NCBI RefSeq assembly: GCF_001306055.1
Contig: NZ_LGHJ01000004.1
Location: forward strand, 28,867-60,866
DNA: 32,000 nt
Source: Bellilinea caldifistulae
GTDB taxonomy: Bacteria; Chloroflexota; Anaerolineae; Anaerolineales; Anaerolineaceae
Direction of reading: 5' to 3'
Below are positions 1 through 8,963 of the stretch, piece after piece. The notes under the pieces are model-generated. The model ran no database searches. It saw nothing but the letters and a program-made list of their open reading frames with translations, and was not told the DNA's origin. Each line of letters begins with the position of its first letter. Position 1 is the first letter of the stretch. The position numbers and the translations under genes are program-made.

Positions 1-1649
1 AAACCGCAAAGGGAAGAATCGGTCATCGTCCAGCCGACATCTTGAAGGCGTTCCCAGTCTTCCTGTTGAACTTCACCTCTGGCGATGCGTTCCAAAATTT
101 CAAATTGGCGCTGGGTGCCCATTTGACAGGGATAGCACTTACCGCAGGATTCCTCCGCAAAGAAACGCGCCAATCGCAGGCAAATATCCCGTAAGTCGCG
201 GGTTTCATCGAATACGGTGATCACGCCTGAACCAAGCGGTAAACCGGCTTCTTTCAAGTCCTCAAAGGTCAAGCGTACATTCAAGTGATCAGGGGTGGCA
301 AATGCGCCGGCTGCTCCACCAAACAAAGCTGCCTGAAGGTGATGACCGGGCCGGACACCACCAGCCAGATCATACAATAAATGATGAAAAGGTATCCCAA
401 AGGGTACTTCGTACAGACCCGGTCGAACCACATCTCCGGAGAGACAGAACAATTTACTGCCGGGAGATTTTTCGGTTCCCAATTTGCGATAATGAGCGGC
501 TCCTTTGCGGATGATCACCGGTACATTGGCGAGGGTTTCTACATTATTAATCACCGTGGGCTTGCCGAATAATCCGTGAGTGGTTGGGAAGGGTGGTTTT
601 AACCTTGGAAAGCCGCGTTTACCTTCGATGGACTCAAATAGAGCGGTTTCTTCGCCGCAGATGTAAGCGCCTGCACCGCGTCGAATTTCGATGTCAAAGT
701 TAAAATCGGTATCGAGGATATTATTACCCAGAAAACCGGCTTCGCGGGCGTCTTCCACGGCTTTCTTCATGGCCTGATAGGGCAACAAGTACTCACCGCG
801 GATATAGACATAGCCCTTTTGGGCACCAATGGCATAACCGGCGATGATAATCCCTTCCAGGATGCTGTGGGGGTCATCTTCCATCAAGACACGGTCCTTA
901 AAGGTGCCGGGTTCAGCTTCATCGGCATTGCAGACAACATATTTGACTGATCCGGGAGCATTCGCGGCGGCTTCCCATTTCAAACCGGTTGGGAAGGCAG
1001 CTCCACCCCGTCCAACCAACCCGGCGGCTTTGATTTCCTCAATGATCTGGCGCGGCGGGGTTTGGAGAGCTTTGCGGAGAGCCTGATAACCGCCCAGGTC
1101 GAGGTACTCGGATAATTCAACGGTATGACCCAGCCCGCAGTTGGCTGTCAGGATTGAGACCGTGCCACCCAGCAGACTGGAAGGCCGCTCGCCCCTACCA
1201 CTGACCAAATCCTGCCAGGTTTGGCGGTCAGCTCTGGCAACCGGCTGACCCTGTACCAGAACGGCAGGTGCGTGTTCACACAGGCCTAAACAGGGTGCCA
1301 TCTCGATCGTCAAAGAAGATGACGAATTGCCGGTTGGGGCAGCCTCTTGCTGAAAGCGAATTTGTTTGAAAAGCGTTTCGGAACCTGCCAATGCACAAGC
1401 CGGGTCATTGCAAACGTGGATGACGGTTTTTCCAACCGGTTGGCTGTAAAACAGGGAATAAAATTCAATCACTCCATAAATTTCGGCAAGCGGGACGTTC
1501 AAAGCCTGTCCGACGGCTTCGGCAGCCACACGGGGAATGTAACCGTAAATTTGCTGAGCATCATGCAGGGCAGGCAGCAGGGACGTTCGTCCCCGCGAAT
1601 GATAGCTTTCCAAACGATGGAGAAGGGGACTTAAATCCAGGTCGGACAT
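1..1649 (-). CDS. NuoE-NuoF fusion flavoprotein (NAD(H)-binding diaphorase subunit, FdsB/HoxF-like; probably the formate dehydrogenase beta subunit). C-terminus is cut by the window edge.
   Basis: I read a continuous minus-strand frame by eye from the ATG at 1649..1647 to position 1, checking the frame at several coordinates. It is missing from the ORF track because it has no in-window stop. N-terminus is a NuoE-like 2Fe-2S region (VCNDPACALAGSE ... MAPCLGLCEHAPAV). It is fused to NuoF motifs GRGGAAFPTGLKW, NADEAEPGTFKDR and EESCGKCYPCQMG. An AAGGAG Shine-Dalgarno lies 5 nt upstream of the ATG. Confidence 0.85.
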   Translation of the reverse strand, partial: MSDLDLSPLLHRLESYHSRGRTSLLPALHDAQQIYGYIPRVAAEAVGQALNVPLAEIYGVIEFYSLFYSQPVGKTVIHVCNDPACALAGSETLFKQIRFQQEAAPTGNSSSSLTIEMAPCLGLCEHAPAVLVQGQPVARADRQTWQDLVSGRGERPSSLLGGTVSILTANCGLGHTVELSEYLDLGGYQALRKALQTPPRQIIEEIKAAGLVGRGGAAFPTGLKWEAAANAPGSVKYVVCNADEAEPGTFKDRVLMEDDPHSILEGIIIAGYAIGAQKGYVYIRGEYLLPYQAMKKAVEDAREAGFLGNNILDTDFNFDIEIRRGAGAYICGEETALFESIEGKRGFPRLKPPFPTTHGLFGKPTVINNVETLANVPVIIRKGAAHYRKLGTEKSPGSKLFCLSGDVVRPGLYEVPFGIPFHHLLYDLAGGVRPGHHLQAALFGGAAGAFATPDHLNVRLTFEDLKEAGLPLGSGVITVFDETRDLRDICLRLARFFAEESCGKCYPCQMGTQRQFEILERIARGEVQQEDWERLQDVGWTMTDSSLCG

Positions 1650-1740
1650 GGGTTCTCCTTTTCGACCAGCGAATTTTGGAAAGAGCAGCAGAGGGGAGCA
1701 ATGGTTGGGGGTGAAGTCGGATAATTCCTACTAAACCGGT

Positions 1741-1746
1741 TATAAT
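1741..1746 (+). promoter_or_regulatory. Consensus -10 hexamer TATAAT, 8 nt upstream of the mobA ATG (candidate promoter, possible leaderless mRNA)
   Basis: TATAAT at 1741..1746 and ATG at 1755. There is no Shine-Dalgarno in between and no convincing -35. Confidence 0.3.
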
Positions 1747-1754
1747 TATTATAC

Positions 1755-2360
1755 ATGAAGTTGACGGTAGTGGTTCAAGCAGGCGGTGAATCCCGTCGGA
1801 TGGGAAAAAACAAGGCTTTGCTTCCATTCATGGGGCAGCCTTTGATTGAGCGGGTGGTCGAACGGGTCAAACCCATTGCCGGGGAGGTCTTGATTACCGC
1901 CAATCAACCGGCGGATTATGACTTTTTGAATTTGCCGATATATCCGGACATTTTGCCCGGCTATGGAGCTTTGGGTGGTCTTCTGACCGCTTTATCAGTT
2001 TCCAACTCGCCAGTAACAGCTGTGCTGGCCTGTGATATGCCGTTCGTCAGTGCTGAATTGCTGGTGTACCAGTTACAGGTTTTGGAACAGGGGAATTGGG
2101 ATGCGGTGGTTCCCAGAGGCGAGGGCGGTTATGAGCCTCTCCATGCTGTTTATCGCACCCAGACATGTAAACAGGCAGTTGAGCTGGCAATTCAAATGGG
2201 CGAGAGAAAAATGATTGCGTGGTTTCCAAAGGTGAGGCTTTACACCATCGAACAGACGGAATGGGAGCCTTTTGATCCGCAAGGACGAATTTTCTGGAAT
2301 ATCAATACCCCGCAGGAATTAACCCGTGCCGAGGCAGCGGCTCACGCCGAAATGGAATAG
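1755..2360 (+). CDS. mobA: Molybdenum cofactor guanylyltransferase
   Basis: 201 aa. N-terminal VVQAGGESRRMGKNKALLPF nucleotide-binding signature, typical MobA length, adjacent to fdhD. Confidence 0.9.
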   Translation: MKLTVVVQAGGESRRMGKNKALLPFMGQPLIERVVERVKPIAGEVLITANQPADYDFLNLPIYPDILPGYGALGGLLTALSVSNSPVTAVLACDMPFVSAELLVYQLQVLEQGNWDAVVPRGEGGYEPLHAVYRTQTCKQAVELAIQMGERKMIAWFPKVRLYTIEQTEWEPFDPQGRIFWNINTPQELTRAEAAAHAEME

Positions 2361-3172
2361 GGAGCAGTGTGTTTTTCGGTAGCATTTGAGGATTCGTCAA
2401 AACGAACCCGCTGCGGATGGGTGTAGAGGTTGAACTGATTGCGGCGGGCATAACCGATCAAGGTAATCCCGTACTGGTCAGCCAGTTGAATGGAAAGAGA
2501 AGTGGGCGAGGTGCGCGAGATGACAATCGAAGCGCCAATCCGGGCGGCTTTTTGCAACATCTCTGAACTGATCCGTCCGGTGGTCAGGATAATGCGCCGG
2601 CTGGGCTGGAGCGATTGACGCAGGATTTTACCCGCAATTTTATCGAGAGTATTGTGCCTGCCGATGTCTTCGGCAAGGGCGATGACCTTATTCCCGTCGG
2701 TTAATAAAGAGCAGTGGACGCCGCGCGTTTGCCGGTATAACTGTTGGGAATCGAACAGTAAATCCATCCACATAACCAGTTTTTCTGCCGGAAAGACATC
2801 TCCGTTGAGGATGGGCTGGGTGTGTTTTTGAGCATCATCGCTGGTCACACCACCTGTGCAGCCGGAAGTCTTGCGCCACGTGAGGGGTTTTTCCACCGGA
2901 TGATTGAGCCAGACATCCACATTTGCGCCATGATCGCAGGGGCGCAGGATTTCAATCTCATGGATGCTTTGAATGATTCCTTCGTTGAATAGAAAACCAA
3001 CGGCTAAATCTTCCAGTTCCAGCGGGGTGCACATCCAGGATAGCCAGAGTGTTCCATTAACCGTCAGACTGACACTGGCTTCGGAAATAACAAGTCCTTC
3101 TTCCACCAGAGAAGTGATTCCACTTCGGTATTGAAGATAACGGACGGGTTGAACCGCGTCATGTTTAATCAT
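2342..3172 (-). CDS. fdhD: Formate dehydrogenase accessory sulfurtransferase FdhD
   Basis: 276 aa. Motifs GCTGGVTSD, GRHNTLDKIAGK and TGRISSEMLQKAARIGASIVISRTSPTSL are characteristic of FdhD. Its 3' end overlaps the mobA 3' end by 19 nt (convergent). Confidence 0.92.
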   Translation of the reverse strand: MIKHDAVQPVRYLQYRSGITSLVEEGLVISEASVSLTVNGTLWLSWMCTPLELEDLAVGFLFNEGIIQSIHEIEILRPCDHGANVDVWLNHPVEKPLTWRKTSGCTGGVTSDDAQKHTQPILNGDVFPAEKLVMWMDLLFDSQQLYRQTRGVHCSLLTDGNKVIALAEDIGRHNTLDKIAGKILRQSLQPSRRIILTTGRISSEMLQKAARIGASIVISRTSPTSLSIQLADQYGITLIGYARRNQFNLYTHPQRVRFDESSNATEKHTAPYSISA

Positions 3173-3278
3173 GTGAGCCCTTTTTTCTAACAGTAATTAT
3201 CGGACAGAGGTTCTCTAATTTTACTTGATTATCCAGATTCTGTGTGCAGCCAGAATTCTTGGTAGAATTGGTCATGCC

Positions 3279-4337
3279 ATGAACGATGGGTTTTATTTAT
3301 CAATCCGGTATATCATTTTCCTTTTTTCTACCTTGTTTTTGATGATTGCTTTGGCTGCCTGCAACATACCATCCGGCAGCCCTGCTGCTTCATTGGACTT
3401 GACCGCACTTGCTCAAACCGCGGAAATTCAACTTACTCAAATTGCAGCCAGTTTAGCGGCGACTTTGAACCAGAATGTAACCCAACCGGCGGTTACCCCC
3501 ACGCCGATTATCCTTACACCGACCCCTTCGCTACAAAATACTGGCACAGCATTTCCTGCCGAAATTCCGTGTGATCGGGCCGGGGCGGGGAGCATGCTGG
3601 ATGTGACTTACCCGGATGACAGCCGTTTGTTACCGGGTCAGCAGTTTACCAAAATCTGGCGGCTGGTCAATCGCGGGTCGTGTACCTGGAATCGGAATTA
3701 TCAGGTGGTCTGGTTTTCCGGTGACCGACTGGGAGTCAGCCCCTCACAGCCCCTGCCGGGTAAAGTTGAACCCGGTGAAAGCGTGGATATTGCGGTGGAT
3801 ATGTTAGCACCGCAACAGCCCGGTTTATACACCAGTTACTGGATGCTGCGGAATCCAGAAGGTAAATTATTTGGGATTGGGCCGGGCGGAAATGCCCCTT
3901 TTTGGGCTCGTATCCAGGTCATCGCGATTTACACCTCCACGCCGACGGCAACTCCAACAACGACACCAACTCCAATCACTCTTGCCAGCGGCAGGTTTGA
4001 CCTCGGATTGGGGGAATGGGTTGATCTTGACCTTGGTGAGTTGAGCGGCGACGAGGAAAAGGCGGATATTCGACTTATACAAACCGATGAAGGAAGTATT
4101 TGGGTCGAGGTGTTCGGGAATGCCGGATTGATGATTTTCGGAGAGGTCCAGCCGTCCGTCAATGATTGCCGCAGTGCAATTTTTTCAACAAACCGCATCG
4201 GCGTGGAATCAATTCCGGAGGGTACTTTTCTTTGTTACCGAACCAATCAGGGGCTTTCGGGTAGTTTGAGGGTAGTTTCAATTTCGCCATCACCGCTGAC
4301 GATTCGCTTTGATTTCCTTACATGGGCAATCCCATGA
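3279..4337 (+). CDS. Secreted lipoprotein with an NBR1-Ig-like (Nbr1 FW-type) domain and an uncharacterised C-terminal domain
   Basis: An internal ATG at 3279 gives the signal peptide plus lipobox LMIALAAC. The middle segment FTKIWRLVNRGSCTWNRNYQVVWFSGDRLG...VDMLAPQQPGLYTSYWMLRNPEGKLFG matches the NBR1-like Ig fold pattern. A TSTPTATPTTTPTP linker follows. The TTG at 3225 given by the track is probably an over-extension. Confidence 0.7.
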   Translation: MNDGFYLSIRYIIFLFSTLFLMIALAACNIPSGSPAASLDLTALAQTAEIQLTQIAASLAATLNQNVTQPAVTPTPIILTPTPSLQNTGTAFPAEIPCDRAGAGSMLDVTYPDDSRLLPGQQFTKIWRLVNRGSCTWNRNYQVVWFSGDRLGVSPSQPLPGKVEPGESVDIAVDMLAPQQPGLYTSYWMLRNPEGKLFGIGPGGNAPFWARIQVIAIYTSTPTATPTTTPTPITLASGRFDLGLGEWVDLDLGELSGDEEKADIRLIQTDEGSIWVEVFGNAGLMIFGEVQPSVNDCRSAIFSTNRIGVESIPEGTFLCYRTNQGLSGSLRVVSISPSPLTIRFDFLTWAIP

Positions 4338-4367
4338 CCAAATACCATCAAGATTGTGGAGAACACG

Positions 4368-5441
4368 ATGAACAGCCTGGATGACTTTCAGAAATTTTCC
4401 CAAATTGATTCCCAAAACATGTTGGGAGAGATTAATCACTTGCCTTCCCAACTGGAACAAGCCTGGGAGATGGGGAATCAATTATCACTGCCGCCGGTAA
4501 GTGATATTCAACAGGTGCTGGTTGCCGGAATGGGCGGTTCAGCGATTGGGGCAGACCTGTTAGGGGCTTATCTCGAACCGCTTGGACGGGTACCCTTCGT
4601 GGTTCAACGCGATTACACGCTGCCGGCCTGGGCGAACTCACCGGCGACACTGGTGATTGCTTCCAGTCATTCTGGTAACACGGAAGAAACACTCTCGGTT
4701 TTTGAACAAGCCATTGCAGCCGGCTGCTCGGTGGCAGCCATATGCACAGGCGGCAAGCTGGCTGAACTGGCTGAAAGTCAGGGAATTCCGCTCTGGCGTT
4801 TCAAGCACACCGGGCAACCACGGGCGGCAGTGGGATTTTCCTTTGGATTGCTGCTGGCGATGTTGAGTCGGCTGGGTTTGTTGCCTGACCCGTCCGCAGA
4901 GTTGAGGGATGCTACTCAGGCGATGCGGCAGCAACAACAAACCTTGCTGGCAGAAGTACCGGTTACGAGCAATCCGGCTAAACGCTTAGCCGGTCAATTG
5001 ATCAACCGCTGGGTAGTGGTGATGGGATCGGGTTTTCTTGCTCCGGTAGCGCGGCGTTGGAAAGGCCAGATCAGCGAGGTTTCCAAGACCTGGGCACAAT
5101 TTGAATTTTTACCGGAAGCCGACCATAACACCCTTGCCGGTGTGGAAAACCCGCCATCCATGCTCAGCCAGACGATGATCATCTTTTTAAAGGCTTCGCT
5201 GGATCATCCTCAGAACATCCTGCGCAGTGATCTGACCCGGCAAACTTTTATGCTGGCTGGTTTGGGTACGGATTATTTTCAGGCCAAAGGTGAAAGCCGT
5301 TTGGCGCAAATGTGGACAACTCTCCATTTTGGGGACTATGTTTCCTACTATCTGGCGATGGCTTATGGGGTTGATCCGACACCCGTTCCGGCAATTGAGT
5401 CCCTGAAACTTGCCCTGAAACACGCCCGTCCTCAAAAGTAG
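4368..5441 (+). CDS. Bifunctional phosphoglucose/phosphomannose isomerase family protein (SIS domain)
   Basis: SIS motifs GMGGSAIGADLL and SSHSGNTEETL; the length and C-terminal region are typical of the PGI/PMI family. ATG 4368 has a GGAG 6 nt upstream, so I prefer it over GTG 4356. Confidence 0.8.
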   Translation: MNSLDDFQKFSQIDSQNMLGEINHLPSQLEQAWEMGNQLSLPPVSDIQQVLVAGMGGSAIGADLLGAYLEPLGRVPFVVQRDYTLPAWANSPATLVIASSHSGNTEETLSVFEQAIAAGCSVAAICTGGKLAELAESQGIPLWRFKHTGQPRAAVGFSFGLLLAMLSRLGLLPDPSAELRDATQAMRQQQQTLLAEVPVTSNPAKRLAGQLINRWVVVMGSGFLAPVARRWKGQISEVSKTWAQFEFLPEADHNTLAGVENPPSMLSQTMIIFLKASLDHPQNILRSDLTRQTFMLAGLGTDYFQAKGESRLAQMWTTLHFGDYVSYYLAMAYGVDPTPVPAIESLKLALKHARPQK

Positions 5442-5472
5442 TGCTTTCGGATCAGTGACCTGACAAAAAAAG

Positions 5473-7206
5473 ATGAAACTTGACAGGCGTCTGCTTGGCC
5501 TTTTAGGGCCGGAACGTTGGCTGGTGGTGTTGATTGGGAGCGTAAGTCTTGCAGCGGCGGTCCTGATTGTTCTGCAGGCACGCATGTTGAGTCGAATTTT
5601 ATCTGCTGTATTTTTAAACGGTGGCGATTTGAACGAAGTGCTGCCGTGGCTGGGCGGTCTGCTCGTCATCGGATCTTTGCGGTCAGGGGCGGTGGGAGGA
5701 ATCGAGGTCATTTCCGGCTGGCTGGCGATCAGGATCAAAGACAACCTCCGCAGAAAATTCCTTAACCTGCTGCTGGATAGTAGCCCGTCACTTGTTCAGC
5801 AGGAAAATAGTGGAGAAATCAGCAATACATTTATCAATGGGGTAGAGGCCCTGGATGCCTACTATTCTCAATACCTTCCCCAACTGGTTGTGGCTGCAAT
5901 CACCCCTCTAACCATTTTGCTGGCGGTCTTCCCGCTGGATTGGCTTTCCGGTCTGGTCTTTTTATTGACGGCTCCTCTGATTCCCTTTTTTATGGTGTTG
6001 ATTGGAAAGGGTTCGGAAAATGTCACGCGCCGCCAATGGCAGGCTCTCAGCCGGATGAGTGCCTTCTTTCTGGACACCCTGCAGGGGTTGAGAGAACTCA
6101 AACAGTGGAATCGTTCTCGCGGACACGCTGAGCGGATTTCCAGAGTATCCGAAGACTACCGCAAAAAAACGATGGAGGTGCTGCGAGTTACGTTTTTATC
6201 GGCGCTGGTGTTAGAACTGGTAGCAACCATCAGCACGGCGGTCGTTGCGGTTCAAATTGGGTTGCGTTTGCTTTACGGCCTGATGCCGTTTGAACAGGCT
6301 TTTGTGGTTTTGTTGTTGGCGCCGGAGTTTTATCAGCCGTTGCGCTTGCTGGGGCAGCGCTTTCATGCCGGCATGAGCGGCGTGAGCGCTGCAAATCGAA
6401 TTTTTGGATGGATTGACTCCGTGCCACATCTGGACAAAATCTCTACTAAAACTGCTCCTTTATTTCAAAGCGGAGGTGTCATTCGATTTGAAAATGTGCA
6501 TTTCCGTTTTCCGGAACGAGAAACGGCCGCTTTGAGAGACCTGAATTTTGAAATCCGCTATGGTGAGAGCGTGGCTTTGGTTGGCAGCAGCGGGAGCGGA
6601 AAAACCACGCTGGCCAGTTTGATGATCGGCTTCATTCAACCTCAACAAGGTCATATATGGGTCAATCAGCACTCGCTGGCCGAAATTGATCCGCGTTCGT
6701 GGCGTCGGCAAATTGCATGGGTTGGACAGCGGCCCTACGTGATACACGGTACGCTGCGCGACAATCTCCTGCTGGTGGCGCCTCAGGCAGATGAATTGGA
6801 ATTGAAAAGGGCGATTCAACAGGCGAGATTGGACGAGGTGGTTGGGCGTCTGCCGGACGGACTGGACACACGGATTGGGGAGCAAGGGGCAAAACTCAGT
6901 AGCGGAGAAATTCAGCGGCTGGCACTGGCGCGGGCTTTTCTTAAAAATACGCCAATTGTGATTTTGGATGAGCCAACCGCGCATCTGGATGCTTCGCTGG
7001 AACAGGTTCTGGAAGAAAGCATCCTTCGATTGTGCACGGGTCGTACCGTTTTGATGATTGCTCATCGCCTGCCGACTGTCATGCGGGCTGATCGGATTTT
7101 GGTTTTACAGGATGGGCAGGTAATTGAAGAAGGGAATCACCTTCAATTAATAGACCAAAATGGCTTCTATGCCCGTCTGGTGCAGGGTTACGGGGGGAGG
7201 TTATGA
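5473..7206 (+). CDS. cydD: ABC transporter permease/ATPase, thiol-reductant exporter CydD-like
   Basis: 577 aa with an N-terminal 6-TM domain. Walker A GSSGSGKTT, signature LSSGEIQRLALARA, Walker B IVILDEPTAHLD. Paired with the following half-transporter through an ATGA overlap. Confidence 0.72.
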   Translation: MKLDRRLLGLLGPERWLVVLIGSVSLAAAVLIVLQARMLSRILSAVFLNGGDLNEVLPWLGGLLVIGSLRSGAVGGIEVISGWLAIRIKDNLRRKFLNLLLDSSPSLVQQENSGEISNTFINGVEALDAYYSQYLPQLVVAAITPLTILLAVFPLDWLSGLVFLLTAPLIPFFMVLIGKGSENVTRRQWQALSRMSAFFLDTLQGLRELKQWNRSRGHAERISRVSEDYRKKTMEVLRVTFLSALVLELVATISTAVVAVQIGLRLLYGLMPFEQAFVVLLLAPEFYQPLRLLGQRFHAGMSGVSAANRIFGWIDSVPHLDKISTKTAPLFQSGGVIRFENVHFRFPERETAALRDLNFEIRYGESVALVGSSGSGKTTLASLMIGFIQPQQGHIWVNQHSLAEIDPRSWRRQIAWVGQRPYVIHGTLRDNLLLVAPQADELELKRAIQQARLDEVVGRLPDGLDTRIGEQGAKLSSGEIQRLALARAFLKNTPIVILDEPTAHLDASLEQVLEESILRLCTGRTVLMIAHRLPTVMRADRILVLQDGQVIEEGNHLQLIDQNGFYARLVQGYGGRL

Positions 7207-8963
7207 GGGCTATCCTGCGCCTCCTGGGATTTTTGAAGCCATTTTGGGGATGGGTCACCCTGTCGGTGTTGTTGAATGCTGCCACCGTTTTTGCAGGTGT
7301 TGGGTTGTTGGGCACCTCGGCAGATTTAATTGCGCGAGCGGCTTTACAGCCCGGTATTGCACCTTTGCAGGTGTCCATCGTTGGAGTGCGCTTTTTTGGA
7401 ATTTCACGTGCCGTCCTGCGCTACTTAGAACGTTTGGTGTCGCATTCGGTCAATTTTCGACTGCTGGCTCAGTTACGGGTATGGTTTTATCGTCGTCTGG
7501 AACCGCTGGTCCCGGCCAGGCTGCAGGACTATCGAAGCGGAGATGTCCTTCAGCGGGCGATTGGGGATATTGAAACGCTGGAAAATTTTTATGTGCGGGT
7601 GATTGCTCCGCCGTTGAGTGCGATTCTGGTTACTGTCGGAATGGGCTGGTTTGTCGGGCTGGTGGATTGGCGGCTGGGTATGGTGCTGGCCGGGGGGCTG
7701 CTGACAGGCGGTGGGGGATTATCTTTGCTGGCTTACTGGATTGGTCAGAAATGGGGGGGAGTTTATGTTCAGCAAAGGGCGCTGTTGAACGCGGAGATGG
7801 TGGGAATCATCCAGGGGCTTGCGGATATTGTTGCGTATAGCCAAGAAGGGAGAATTAAGGGGGATGTCGAGTTTTCGCTCACGGCGGTTTCTCGCATTCA
7901 ACGTCACATGGTACTGGGCAGTGGTTTGGTCAACGGGCTAATGACCTTTCTGAGCAATTTCACCCTCGTGCTGGTGTTGTGGTTGGCTATTCCGCTGGTC
8001 AATGCCGGTGCATTGGAAGGTTACCGGCTGGCAGTCCTTGCCGTGCTTACCCTGGCCAGTTTTGAAGCGGTCAATTCACTGCCGCAAGCCGCTCAACTGT
8101 TGAGCGGAAATCTCGAATCGGCGAAGCGATTGTTTGAAATTAGCGACCAGTCACCAGCCGTGAATGATCCCATTGACCCGCAAGGGACGCCTGCGGTCGA
8201 ATATCCTCGGCTGGAGGTCAACAAACTCACCTTTACCTATCCCGAACTGACGCTGCCGGCCCTGAGGGGGATTGATTTCTGGCTTTCCCCCGGCAGGAAA
8301 ATTGCCGTTGTGGGAGAAAGCGGGGCTGGTAAGTCCACGTTAATTCAACTTCTGCTTCGCTTTTGGGATTATGACGAGGGGGAAATTCGCTTGAATGGAG
8401 TGGGTTATCAACATCTCGATTCGACCCACATCCGGGGTTATTTTGGGGTTGTTTCGGCAACGCCGTATCTGTTCAGCGCCACCGTCCGGCAAAACTTGTT
8501 GATTGCCCGTCCCGATGCCAGTGATGAGGCACTTTACCACGCCATTCAAACGGCGGGTTTAACCGAATGGCTGAAGGCTTTACCGGATGGATTGGAAAGC
8601 TGGGTGGGCGAACACGGTCAGTTCCTGAGCGGAGGGGAGCGCCAACGGTTGGCTGTGGCACGGGCTTTGCTGAGTCAGGCGCCCTTCATCCTGCTGGATG
8701 AGCCAACTGCGGGCCTGGATTCGTTGAATGAAATTCAATTGATAAGAACGATTTTTGATCTTTTTCGGGAGCAGGGTGTGTTGTGGATCACCCATCGCTT
8801 GATTGAGATGGATCAGATGGATGAAATTCTTGTGCTGCAAAATGGGCAAATCGTCGAACGCGGAAATCATCACCGCCTGCTGGCGGCAGGCGGTGTGTAT
8901 TCCGGTTTATGGCAGGCGCAGCAGCGCGTCCTGTGGAATTCCGGACCTCAACTATTGATTTAA
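7203..8963 (+). CDS. cydC: ABC transporter permease/ATPase, thiol-reductant exporter CydC-like
   Basis: 586 aa. Walker A GESGAGKST, signature LSGGERQRLAVARA, Walker B FILLDEPTAGLD. ATGA start/stop overlap with the upstream gene at 7203..7206. Confidence 0.72.
   Translation: MRAILRLLGFLKPFWGWVTLSVLLNAATVFAGVGLLGTSADLIARAALQPGIAPLQVSIVGVRFFGISRAVLRYLERLVSHSVNFRLLAQLRVWFYRRLEPLVPARLQDYRSGDVLQRAIGDIETLENFYVRVIAPPLSAILVTVGMGWFVGLVDWRLGMVLAGGLLTGGGGLSLLAYWIGQKWGGVYVQQRALLNAEMVGIIQGLADIVAYSQEGRIKGDVEFSLTAVSRIQRHMVLGSGLVNGLMTFLSNFTLVLVLWLAIPLVNAGALEGYRLAVLAVLTLASFEAVNSLPQAAQLLSGNLESAKRLFEISDQSPAVNDPIDPQGTPAVEYPRLEVNKLTFTYPELTLPALRGIDFWLSPGRKIAVVGESGAGKSTLIQLLLRFWDYDEGEIRLNGVGYQHLDSTHIRGYFGVVSATPYLFSATVRQNLLIARPDASDEALYHAIQTAGLTEWLKALPDGLESWVGEHGQFLSGGERQRLAVARALLSQAPFILLDEPTAGLDSLNEIQLIRTIFDLFREQGVLWITHRLIEMDQMDEILVLQNGQIVERGNHHRLLAAGGVYSGLWQAQQRVLWNSGPQLLI

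Noticed and set aside
1-1649. The ORF track lists only short ORFs here, which suggested a pseudogene or non-coding stretch. My first hand translation also seemed to hit a frameshift near 395.
   Set aside because: Re-reading the bases (four T, not three, at 389..392 on the minus strand) restores one continuous frame with intact NuoE/NuoF motifs. The ORF is missing from the track only because it runs off the window edge without a stop.
3225-3278. N-terminal extensions implied by the longest-ORF starts in the track (3225, 4356, 10337, 14538, 24093, 28958, 30071, 31891)
   Set aside because: In each case a downstream start gives a canonical N-terminus: a signal peptide, MFIDEA for Obg, or MAKIQTQCPRC. 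It may also have a better Shine-Dalgarno or an ATGA coupling. Several of the longer starts use TTG/GTG codons that lie in promoter or hairpin sequence.
3925-3975. Repetitive ACN/CCN-rich DNA that looked like a short tandem repeat
   Set aside because: It encodes an in-frame Thr/Pro linker (TSTPTATPTTTPTP) between two domains of the lipoprotein. It is a low-complexity coding region, not a repeat element.
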